The position numbers and the translations under genes are program-made. The notes below the pieces were generated by a model, which ran no database searches, was not told where the DNA came from, and saw nothing but the letters and a program-made list of their open reading frames with translations. Of a stretch of DNA of 64,000 nt, positions 37,401 to 49,400 are shown one piece after another. Source of the stretch: Elusimicrobiota bacterium (GTDB lineage: Bacteria > Elusimicrobiota > Elusimicrobia > UBA1565); assembly GCA_043827405.1 (NCBI GenBank), contig JBDRPD010000022.1:1-64000 (forward strand). Direction: 5' to 3'. Numbering within the stretch: position 1 is the first letter of the stretch; every line of letters begins with the position of its first letter.

Positions 37401-40400
37401 TGAGGACCTCATTGATGTCGCGGGCGGACGCATGCTCGTAGCGCAGCGCCTTCAGCCGCCCTTCCTCGAGCATGATCAGAGCCTCGAGGGCGGGCATCGC
37501 CCGTCCGAACCGCAGCTCGGACTTGGCGCGCTCGATCGACACGGTCGGCGGATACAGGCTCGCCAGGTAGCGGATCATGCTGCTGTCGCCCGCGACCGAC
37601 TCATGCTCATAGGTCTTGAGCACTTCCGCGTCGTAGGCCGCCTCGGCCTTCAGGTAGGTATCAAGAGCGATATCGCGCATAATGAAGTCGGCCGCGCCCC
37701 GCAGATTGAGCATATAGTCTTCCAGCAGCGTCTGCTTCGCGTCCAGGCGCGCGCGGTAGAGCTTCTCGAGGCGCATGACCGCGCCCTGCAGCGCAAAGGG
37801 AAGGTCCAGGCTGTCGGCGTAAGCCTCCCGCATGCTCATCAGCAGGCCGTCATTATGCGCAACGGCGCCGTCGGCCGCCGTGATCTGCCCTTCGATGTCC
37901 TGCATCAGGAAGTTGAGGAATTCGGTGCGCCCGGCCGGATCGACCGACAGCGCCGCGAAGATCCTGCCGAGGACCCCCTCCACCTGCAGGCGCCGTCCCT
38001 CGGCGTCGAGCTTGGTCAGGACTTCGAGCTTATGGGCGGCATCGATCTCGGGATGATAGCGCGCCGCTTCCGCCGCCTCGTGGATCATGCGGTACAGGGA
38101 GGACGCCGCGTCGAGGTCCCGGCGGGCCTCGGGCGCCAGGCTGCGCAAAGTGGCGAGCTTATCGAGCAGGCGCTGCGCGAAGCCCGCATCAAGCACCCGC
38201 CGCGAGGCGTAGGAGAGCATGCGCTCCTGCTCGGTCCGCCCCTTTTCCGCTCCGGCCAGTTCCAGCGCGCGCGCCGACGGGACGATCAGCTTCTGCGCCG
38301 GGAAGCCGATCGCCTCCAGCTCGGTGACCAGCTTGATAAAATCGTTCTTGAGCTCGGCCACGGTTTTCGAGAACTCCAGCAGCGCATCCACCAGCGCCTG
38401 CTGGGAGGAAGCCAGCTCAGCGGCGCCGGTCATGCCGCGCTCAAAACGGGCCAGCGAGGCCTGGAACTCATCGGCGGCGGCGAGGATCAGCCGGTGCTGC
38501 TTCTCCACGAGCTTTGACTTTTCGGCCACCGCGTTCATGAGCAGGTGCAGCTGCTGCGCCAGCTCCTGCATCCGCCCCTGCGACATAAGCTCCTTGCGCA
38601 GGGACTCGGACAGAACCTGCTCGAGGCCGCGCTCGATCGAGCGCGGGTCGGGCGCTTCCATGTAGAACGCGCCGACCGAGCGGGCGCGGAAGATGCCGAA
38701 GGCGGCCACCGGAGTGAAGCCGTTGTAGCTCATCCGCTCCGCGATCACATCCGCCCGGATCTGGTGGATCAGGCCGTCCTCGCTGCCCAGCGCCGCGGGG
38801 ATGCCGCCGTCGAAGAGCGTGCGCCGGATTTGATCGATATTGAGCGCCTCGACCTGGGAGATGAAGCGCGCAGCGATGCGGCCGAGGTCCCCCGAATCCC
38901 CGCCCTGGTCCGCCGGCACCAGCCGCGCGAGCTGCGCCGGCGTGACGTCGCGCGGCAGTCCGAGCAGCGCCTTGATGCGGTCGGCCTGGATGGCGAGGCG
39001 GTCGTTGATGTCGCTTCTGAACTGGTCCAGGTTGTCGGCCAGCTTCTCGGCGCGCGGGTCGCGGCGCATGGACTCGGCCCAGCGCTGCAGGCGGACATTG
39101 GTCTCGAACTCGGAGAGCAGTATCTGTCCCGAAGACCGCGCGGCGGCGTTCATATTGCGGTTGATGCGGGTCGCCTTGTCGACGCGCAGCTTGGCCAGCG
39201 CCAGCAGCACCTCGGCCGGCGTCTCCGGGTCCCGCAGGCGAACTTCCACCCAGGTGTCGATATAGTTCTCGCCTATCGGGTCACCGCCGAGGCTGGTCCG
39301 TGCCCGGTAGTAGCGCGCGTAGCCGGAGGATTTCTGCTCCAGCAGCTCCGGCGCGAATACTTCAATATCGGCCTCCCGCCCGGCGGAGGCCAGGTCCTGT
39401 TCGGCGTCCATGACGCGCGCGGTCAGATCGCGGTAGCTCGCCGGCAGCGTCCCGACCACCGCGTCTTCCGGCTCGGCGCCCAGCCGCGCCAGGTTCGCCT
39501 TGAGGACAAACAGCTTGTTATTCAGCTCGACCGCCCGCAGCCGCGACTCCGGGTCCGTTCGGCCGTTGAGCCGTGCCAGCGCCGATTCCGCGGACTTCAG
39601 CTCCGCCTGGACCTGCCGGTAGCTGACGGCGCGGGCGCGGTCGTAGGCGTCGCGCGCGCGCTCCGCATCGAGAGTCTGGATGCGCGCCGCCGCCACCCGC
39701 TCGGGGTTGCCGATCCCTTCGTCGGACAGGGCGCTGAGCAGGCGGCCGAGCGAACGCACAACGAGCGAGACCGGCTCGACGCGAACCTGCTGCAGCTTGA
39801 GGTCCTTGTCGACCATCTGCTCCACGGCGCGGGCGACTTCGACGCGGGAGTCGAGAATGGCCTTGTCCGCCGCCGCCGGTTCCTTCTTGGCGAGGATCGC
39901 CTTGAGGTCGGCGAGGGCCTTCTGGGGCGTAAGCTCCATGTCCAGGGGCGCGCCCTCGGGCCGCCCCATAAGATAGTTCAGCGTCATGAAGGACTGCTGG
40001 TAGATCTGCCGCGCCATGATCAAGCGCCGGGAAGCGATATCGAGCTCGCGCTGGAGCCGCGGCACGTTCCCTTCCGGATCGCCCTTGGCCGCGTCCCGCT
40101 GCGCCGCGGCCAGCTGCCGGCGCAGCTCGGGGATGATCTCTCCCTCAAGGATCTGCACCGACTGTCCGGCATGGTCGATGGCGACCACGTGCCGGTAGAT
40201 GTCGAGCGCGAGGTCCGCTTCGACCTTGGTCTTGAACTGGTTGAAGTACTTCTCCTCGCTGCGCCCCTGCGCCGTCTGCAGCTCGCGCAGCTCCTCCGGC
40301 TTGAGCTCGAAGGTCAAAATCGGCGTCACCGCCAGCCCGGTTACGCCGAACGAGGGCAGCCAGCCCACGCCGTCGGCCGTAAGGTTGTACCCGGCGAACA

Positions 40401-43400
40401 GGTCGATATAGAACCGCTTGATCCGGTGGTCGTTGGCCGCGGTCCGGTGCGCGGCCGCCTGCTCCCGCAGCCCGACCTCCTCCAGGCTCCGGGCGTTCTT
40501 GGAGACGACGTTGAAGGCGTCCTGGAAGCTGTCGACGAGAAGCGGGTCGCTGCCGCCGGTAGGCGCCCGGCCGAAGGAGCGGTCGAGCACGCTCCATCCC
40601 GCCGCCAGCATGCCCTTGGACTCCGACTCCAGAATTCCGGCCACGTACCAGTGCCACTGGTCAAACGCCTCGCGCATCCGCTTCTCGCCGATGAGGCCGT
40701 TGCGGTAGGCCTTGATCGCGGTGTCGAGAGCCAGCTGCGACTTGCGCGCGCCGGGAGCCAGATTGTCGGCGTCGGCGAACCAGGCCTCGGCGCGCTGGCG
40801 CTCCTTGGCCGCCCGCAGGCTGTACTCCTGCCACACTCCCTCAATCTCGCGCACCGTGGCTTGGGACTCCAGGATATACGCCTTGTCATGCTCTTTGGAA
40901 GCCGGGTCGTAGATCGGCAGGCGGATGGTCACGCCCAGGCCGAGGACCTGGTTGGCCATATAGTCATGGAACTGAGCGCCGAAAGAGAAGGTCAGCTTGT
41001 CGACCCACGGGATCCAGTCCACCAGGTTGAAGGGGTTGTCGCCGATCTCCTTGGCGATCTCCTCCTTGTCCAGCATGTGCAGGATCTTTACCATGCGGTC
41101 GGGCGTGGCGATAATCGACTTGATCTCGGAGAGCAGGCTCTGCACGTCCCCGGCGCTGAGATTATCGAACGGCAGCGCCGCTTTGGGATCGCGGCCGCTG
41201 AGCATGTTGTAGCGGATCGAGGCCTGCTGGAGCCGGAGCTCGGCCTCCGCCTCCAGCACCGCGCCCTCGCGCCGCAGCGCCTCGGTCGGAGCATGCTCCG
41301 CCATGGCATGCGCCATCTTCAGCTCCCACTGGGCCTGGGCGATATCGACCACGGTCTGCTGCCACTGCCGGGTCAGCTCCAGCATGCGGAACTGCAGCCG
41401 CAGGGACTCGCGGTAGAGATTCTGCACCTTGGCCTCGATAAGCGCCTTCTGCGTCTTGCTCAGCTCCATCGTGGTATGGGTCCCGGCCGCGAAGCCGCCG
41501 CCCACCACGCGGTCCGACAGGTCGTCGCCGATCGGGTTGGTTGTGAAGCCGACCATGCCGCGCACGCGGGTATTGTCGAGGAAGGCGCCGGCCTTGCGCA
41601 GCTCCTCGATCTCCTTGGTCAAATTGCCGATGTCCTGCTTGATGAGCTTGGTGCCGATATCGCGCAGGAACACCGAGCGCAGCTCCTTGACTTTTCCGGC
41701 GTCGGCCGCCTCATCCTTTAAGAAGCCGTCAAGCTCGCGGTTGTACTTCTTGAGCGCGCTGGACCCTTCCAGCGCGTCCGCGGTATTGCGCGTCACGGCC
41801 GACCACAGCTCGCCGAGCGTGAACGCCGAGTTCAGCCCGATGGTCAGCCGCGGCTCCTGTCCCACGTAGCGGGAGCCGTAGCTCAGCGAGATATTGGAAT
41901 GGTCTCCCGTCTTCTTCGCCAGCTCGAGGAAATAGGTCTTGGCGTCGCCGACCAGGCGCCCCTCGGCGTTGACTACGACGCCCCAGTTGGGAAGCGTTAC
42001 CGACACCCGGTCGGACAGCGTGCCGAAGCGCTCGCCCTTCTCGAAGCCGGCGCGGTTCTGGATGATCATCCAGGGCTTGCCCTTGTCGTCTTTGATGGTG
42101 AAGCCCTTGAGCACCGTGACGCCCACCGAATCCTGATTGTAGTCGTCGGTCCCTTCGACCCGCGCCCAGAACAGGTCGACGCTGAAGGTCTCTTCCGATT
42201 TCAGCAGCTTGGCCACGTTGAACTTGGGCCCGATCTGGGTCCGCTTGTAGTCCTTGTTCTCGCCGTTGGCCTCGATGACGAAATCCCGGTTGAGATCGGG
42301 GTCCAGACCGGTGAAGTCCAGGTTCATGGTCTGCAGGAAGTAGCGCGGGTCCTTGGCCGCGACGCGCTGCTGCTCGGCCGAGAGGCTCATCACCTCATGG
42401 AACTTCCACTCCGTCTTGATGCTGCCGCCGTAGTAGGAGGGCTTGTTCTTGGTGTCGCTGGTCGCGATGTCGGCGAAGCCCGCCAGGCCGATATAGAGCT
42501 TGCCGTCGAACAGCATCATCGCGAAGTCGTCGAACACCATCATCCGGCTCTGCTGCGCCTGGCTGGTCATCTGGGTGTCCGCCGGGATATTCTGGATGAA
42601 GCGGTGGAAGTCGATGTTCAGGTAGTTGACCCAGTTCTTGCCCTGCAGCGACTCGACCTGCACCTCGACGCCCTTGTCGCCCCACGGCGCGTTCTCGTCG
42701 TTGACCGGGCTGGCGAACTGATAGCCGGTCACGCTGATATTGTTGCCCCACAGCTTGGCGACGTTGCCTAGGGTCACCCAGTTCGAGGTCTCCAGGCCGT
42801 GCGGCACCGAGAACTGCGACTGGTAGACCAGGTAGAAGCCGTCGGCGTCGCCGAACTCGAGCATCTCGGTATTGGGGATAATGCTCGAGATCTGGCTGGG
42901 GTCCTCCAGCAGGCGCTTCTGCAGGCCCGCGAGGTTCACGCCCGATGAGGCGCGCTCGAGAAATCCGGTAAACAGCGTCTCCACGAAGGAGCCGAAGTCC
43001 TTTTTGGGCACCACCAGCGCCGCCGTCGCGCCCGAGGTATCGAGGCCCTCCATCATATACATCCCGCCGTTGATGCGCAGATCCTGGATGCGCTTGGCGA
43101 GCGCCGGGCTCAGGCCGCCCGGGTCGCGGAGCTCGCGCAGCTCGCGCGCCAGCGCCCGCTGAACCTTGTCCGCCCGCCGCAGCGAGTAGTCGAGACTGTC
43201 GTTGGCGCGCTCATAGCGCGCCTTGATGTCGTGGTACTGGAGGTTCTGCTCGAGCACGGCGCGGGTCTTGTCCTGCAGCTCGCGCAGGTTGTCGGCCACG
43301 CGCCGCAGGGCGCTCTCATGCGGATCATTGAGCTGCGACATCCAGCGGGTCAGCTTCACGCGCTGCTCCTCGAGGTCGTCGTAGGTCTCTTTCAAAGCGT

Positions 43401-46400
43401 CCTTGAACTTGAGGATCGCCTCTTCTTCGGAATCCGCCGCCGTGACGGCCTTGTCGTGAATCTTCTTCTGCGCCTCGTAGAAGTCCTTCACCCGCTTGAC
43501 GGTGTCGAGGCCCTCGGTATCCCAGCCCACCTTCTGGCCGTAGAAGCCGACCCCCGCCCGCGTCAGGGCGTTGAGCTGGCCGTAGATCGCCAGCTTGCGG
43601 TCGAAGACCTGGTCCGAAGTTTCGCTGGCGCCGTCGGCGCGGACATAGGCCTCGTCCTTCTGCAGATCGGCGATGGCGGTATTGAGGCCCGCCTGCGCCT
43701 GCTTGAGGAACACCTCGGCTACCGGGATGCGTTCGTAGAGGTTCTTGCTGGCGCCGTCGATGAAGCCGTCGGCGAACAGGAACTCGGCGACGGCATAGGC
43801 GGCGGAGCCGTCGTCGACGTTATTGACCTGATTGGTGGACGGCACCAGGCGCTTGGCGGCCTCCAGCGCCATCAGGGCGATGGTGGTGTTGTTATCCAGG
43901 GTGGGATCCGGCTGCTTGCCCTCGGGAACGCCTTCCCTATCGCCCATGTCGAGCACCGGATCGCCCTTGTTCTTGTACTCGTTGCCGATATCGGTCAGCA
44001 GGTCGCCCAGGGTGTAGTAGATGCCGTCGTCGACCAGCCGCTGCACGGCGTCGACGCTGGCCTGGCCATCGGCCGCGATATTGGTCGGCAGCCGGTACTG
44101 CGACAGCTTGACCTCCCCGTTGGTCAGGCGCTCGATGCGGTCGAAGATGTCGTTGATCTCGGCATGCTTGGCGTTGATCTGCTGGGAGCGCTTGACCTTC
44201 TCGGCCTGGTTCTGGGCGATGGCTTTGGGCAGGCTGTAGGGCTGAACGCGGCCGTAAATCTCCTCGCTGTCGTTGTTGTTGGGATCCTTGCGGCGCTCCA
44301 GGTCGGAGAGCAGCTCATTGACGCCGTCATGGTGGCCGTCCGCATTATCATAGCCGTTGAGCAGCTCCAGGAAGCGCTCGCGCTGCTTCTGGATCTTGGC
44401 CATGCCGTCGGCGGCGTCGCCTTCCTTGGCACCGTTGGAGGCCAAGGACCAGGGCACCGTACGCTCCAGCGTCTCCTTGGTTCCCTCGTACAGATCGATC
44501 TGGCTCTGGAACAGCTTGGCATAGGTATCGCCGTTCGGGTCGAAACTCTCTATCGAATCATTCTGGAACGGAATCGCATGTCCGGTAATCATCCCCTTGG
44601 CTTCAAGCAGGATCGGCCGCACCTTCTCCAGCAGCGCCTTCTTGCGGTCAATGAGCCCCTGTTTGTCCGGGAAGCCCGCCTTAACGTCGGCGATATCTTT
44701 ATCGATGTCGGCGATGAGCTCCTGAATGACGCTGACGCCCTGGTCGTAGACCGAGACCGCCTGCGGGACCGGCGACCGCAGGGCATCCTGGATCGGCTCG
44801 ACCTGCGCGTCGGCCTTGGCCCACAGGACCACCGAACGCGCCGCCTGCGGCAGCAGCTGCGCGATCTTGAGCAGGCTCATCTTGGCTTCCGCGATTTCGT
44901 TGGAAGTGTCGCTGGGGAAGCTTAAGGTCTTGAGCTGGTCTTTGTAAGCCTGAACCGCGTCCTTGAGCTGCTCCAGGGACATCCCGGAGAGCGCCGGCAG
45001 AGCGGCTCCGGGAACGTACTGATTAATATAGGCGGCTTCGCGATCCATCCTGGTGAGCAGGCCGCGGGCATCGGCGCTGTGCTTGGCGATGTCCGACTCC
45101 GCCTGCGCCAGCCGCTTGGGCAGCGACAGCGGATAGAAGTCGCCGAAATCATCGGTATCAAGGCCGGAGTAGGTCGCACTCTGGCGATTGCGGAACTCGT
45201 CGCGGGTCTCTTTGTAGTCTTCCAGCTCGGCGAGCCAATGCGCCTTGCGGTCGGCCAAAATCTGCAGCGTCTGCGCCTCTGAGGGGTTGTTGACGCTCAC
45301 GTCCGGCACCCCGGGAACCGCGATCACCAGGACGCCGGCGAACTCAACCGGGACGTCGCGGATCTTGTCGAGCCCCTCATCGACGGAGTCGACGTAGCCC
45401 TGCACGTCCGCCAGCTTCGAGTTGAGCTCCTTGAGCGACAGGAAATCCTCGTCGCCGGGCTTGCCGTCGGTGTACCACTTCACCAGCTCCGGCAGCAGGG
45501 CCTTGCGCCGCTGATACTCGGCGAGCGCATTCGGGCTCTGTCCCGCGTCCTCCGCGTCGATGCGCCCCAGCAGCGCCTTGGCTTCGGTGCGGAAGGCGCC
45601 GATATTCTCCACCGCCGAGCGGGTCTGCGACTCGAGCTCCTCCATATCCGTCTTCGACCGCGCAGAATCCGCGATCTTGCCTTCCGCGTCCCGCTCCCAT
45701 TCCTCGTTGCGGCCGTCATTGGTCTCGGCGTCGCGCAAATCCCGCTCCGCCTGCTCCCGCGTCTGCCGGATCTTCTGCAGCTTGGCGTCGAGCATCTGCT
45801 CCATCTGCTTGATGGCGGCCTGGGCGGCGGCGACCTCGTTGAGAGACAGCGCCAGGTCCATCACGGTGGCCAGCTTGGCCAGGTTCTTGTGAAACTCGAG
45901 CATCTCCTTGCCGCCCCGCCGGTCGCGCAAGGCGGTGTCGCGCGAGCGGTTGATCACGGCGAAGAGCTTGGCCAAGGCGTCCCGGTTGACCAGATCGCCC
46001 TTAACCTCGCCGCGCAGGTCCTCGAGCTCGGAAACCATCGACTCCAGCCGCTTCTCGGTTACCTGGTCCACGCTCTTGACCGCGCCCAGGTCCGGCCGCC
46101 GCCTGCTGGTGCCGTCGCGGTAGCGCTCCACCGCGCCGGCGAGGCTCTCCAGCACCGCCTTGCGCAGACCCAGCGAGTCGCTGTAGCCCAGGCTTTGGTT
46201 CACCTCGGTGCCGAGGAGGGAAGCGTAGTAGGCCTGCAGCTCGGTCAGCTTCGCGATGCGCTGGGCCTCATACTCTTTGCGGCTGGCGGGATCGTCGGCG
46301 GGATTCTGCAGGTCGAAAATCTCGGCGAGCTTGCCCTGAACATAGTCCTCGTCGCGCTTGCTCTCCAGCTTCTCGAGCGCCGCGCGGTACTCGGCCTCCT

Positions 46401-49400
46401 GCTTGGCCGCTTCCGCGGGCGACAAGCTCATCTCTTTAAGCTGATCCCGCTCCTGCGTCTTCTGCAGCAGGGTCGCCTCCAGCTCGGCGATGCGCTGCTT
46501 GACCCGCGTGATCTCGCGCTCAAGGTCCCCCGCCTCGTCCTGCGCCTGCAGCTTGCGCGCTTCCATCTCCTTGCGCGCGCCGAGGACGAAGCCCTCGGGG
46601 CCGCCGCCGCCGCGCGACGCCATGCCCACGATGCTCGCGACCACCGACTGGCCCGCCGCCATCGGCCCGAGCGGCGTGCTGTTGCCGGCCATGGCCACCT
46701 CGATGGCGCTTCCGGGCTCGAGGCCGTGCACGCCGTACACCCCGTGGCGCACGACGTTATACACCGCGTCCGTGATATTGAAGCCCGCCAGATCCTGCAG
46801 CTTGTAGATCAGGATATTGCCCCAGGTGATCGCCCCGCCGAAGGGGATCGGGCTGTCGCCCTCGGGGCGCTCGACCGCCGCGCCGATGGTATGGAACAGC
46901 CGGAACTCGGACCCGGTCAGCGGCTGGTAGGCGGTGTTGAAGAAGCCGTCGATCTCCCCGGCATAGCTCATGACGCCCTCGATCTCGGCGCCGACCACCA
47001 TCAGGCCGAACATCGACTTGAGATTCTTGGACCAGAACGACCAGCTGATCGCGGTCCCCGCCACGCCCAGTATGAAGTCCGCGCTGAGCAGCGGCGGGAG
47101 CCGGTGCGCCATGCCGCGCTGGTCCATCAAGCGCTGCTTGGCGACGGCGGGGAAGGTCAGCAGGGTGGAGAGCGCGAAGGTATTGAGCAGCGCCCCGACC
47201 GACAGGTCCGAGATCACCGCATTGAGCGCGCTGCCGGTCACCGCGGCCAGGCTCTCACCGACGAACGGCACCGCGGAGAGGAACAGCGGCAAGCCGTGGC
47301 CGAAGGCCACCAAGGCGTCGCCCAGGAAGGGCACCGCCGTGAGGTGAAACGACAGCACCGGCAGCGGCGTTAGCCCGGCGATCAGGCCCATGGCGACGGC
47401 GCTGAAAATCGCCAGCGTCGCCCGGCGCCAAACGAACTGGACCAGCGGGCCGAAGACCGGGGTGAGGAAGTAGCGGCGCAGCAGCCGGGCGCCGCGGCCG
47501 GCGTAGATATTCTCCTTCAGGCCGACGCCGCGGCGCTGGTGCTTGGCCATCGCGCCCTTGATCCATTTCTCGGCCGTCGGCAGCCGCATCTCCTCGGTCT
47601 CGGTCAGCTCGCCCTTCTCCTCCGCCTGCTTGCGGGCGATCTGGGCGCGCAAAGTGATGAAGTCCTCGGTCGAGCGCGAGAACTCGTAGGTGATGTTGCG
47701 GCGGAAGAAGCCGAAGAAGAACATGTCGAAGAGCTGGTACGGGAATCGGACGAATATCCCGATGAGATGCTTGTGCATCTCCAGCGCCCGGACCAACGCT
47801 CCGCTCAGCCCCTTGGGGTACTGCCGGTTGGCCAGCTTGCGGTAGCCCGCCTCCGCGACTTTCTTGCGCCAGCCGAGCTTGACGAAGAGGCGGCTGACCG
47901 TTTCACTCAAGAGGCCGCCCTCGTACTTCTTCGAATCCAGCTGCTTGAACTCCTCGCGGTTCATCCGCTGCAGCTCGTCGTAGACCGCCAGCCAGGCCGC
48001 GCGGTCGCTGGTCATCGATAGGCCGTAATCCTCAGCCATCGCCATGAGCTCGGCATGGGGGATATTGAACTGCCGGGCGATATAGCTGATGATCTGGGGG
48101 GCGTCGGCGCTGTCCGAGAGGCGGGAAATGTGGGGATCGTGCTTGATTCCGCGTACGCTTCTAAAACCGAACAAGCCCTCGTGGATGTGAGGACTGTTTT
48201 CCTTGGGGTTTGGTGTTTTCGGCGAAGTCTCCTCGGAAGGAGGCTTCGCTATATCCCCCGGCGGAGCACGCGCCTCGTCGCCGGGCTTTTCCTTGCTCGG
48301 CGGCGGCGTCTCCTTGGGCGGCGCGGGGAGCTTGGTCCCCGGCTGGTCCTTGCTCTTGCCCGGCGCGTCGTCGCGCAGCACAGCGGCGACCTTGCGGATG
48401 CGGCCGCGGGCGTCGATAAAGGTGTAAATCGGGTCCTGCTTCCATCTGGAAATGATCTCGACGCGCACCGGCTTAAACCAGTGGGAATCCTGCTTAAGCG
48501 CCGTATAGGCATCCTCGATGGAGCGGATGCTTGCCAGACGGCTGTTCCAGAGCGTCTGCTTCGTACGCAGCGGCGACTTGCCCTGCGGCTTCACCACGAT
48601 GCGCTTGGAGTATACCGTGAGAATTTTCTTTTTCTTGGGAGAGTGGAAGATGAATATCCAGCGCGAGCTGGGGTTGTTTAGATTGATGGCCACGCGCACC
48701 AGCCGCGCGTCCTTGGCGATACGCCGGGCCCGAATCTGGGCCTTGGCTTTGGCTTGCGCCAGCGTCTCGGCCTTCATCGACCGGGCATCAGCCGGCAGGC
48801 TGCGGAAGCTGCGCGGGCTCGCGCCGGCCAGGCCGCTGGGATTGGCGCCTTTGCGCGCCACAGGCTCCTGCTTCCTGACCGGAGCCTTTTTCTCAACCGG
48901 CGCGGCCTTTTTAGCCGGCACTGGCTCTTCAACCGGCGCCGTCTCTTCAACAGGTGCGGGCTCGGCGACGACCTGATCGTCTTCGACGGCTTCCTCGGCG
49001 CTGCTCGCCGCCGCCCCTTCCATTTCCTCCAGCGCCAGCCTATCGGCCTCTTTCTTCGCCTTCGCCCAGCGGCCGCGAAGCCAGCCTTCAACGACAAATC
49101 CGATCGCGCTGCCGGCCAAGGGGAGCGCCAGCGCCGCCGTCAGCGGCGCGCCGAAGACGGCGAAAGCCAGATATGCCGCCGCGGTGCCCGCGGCCACGCC
49201 GTAAAGCGAGCCGACGCTGATCTCGGTCTCCTGCATCACCTTGCCGTTGAGCAGGCGATCACCGACGACCCAGCTGATCAGCGGCACGAACAGCGCGGCG
49301 GTCGGATAAACCAGCGCCGCGGCAAAAGCCAAAGCCGTTCCCAGCATGGTCCCGTATATCGCGGCCTTCGACATGTGGAAAGGAGACGGCTCGGGCTCGA

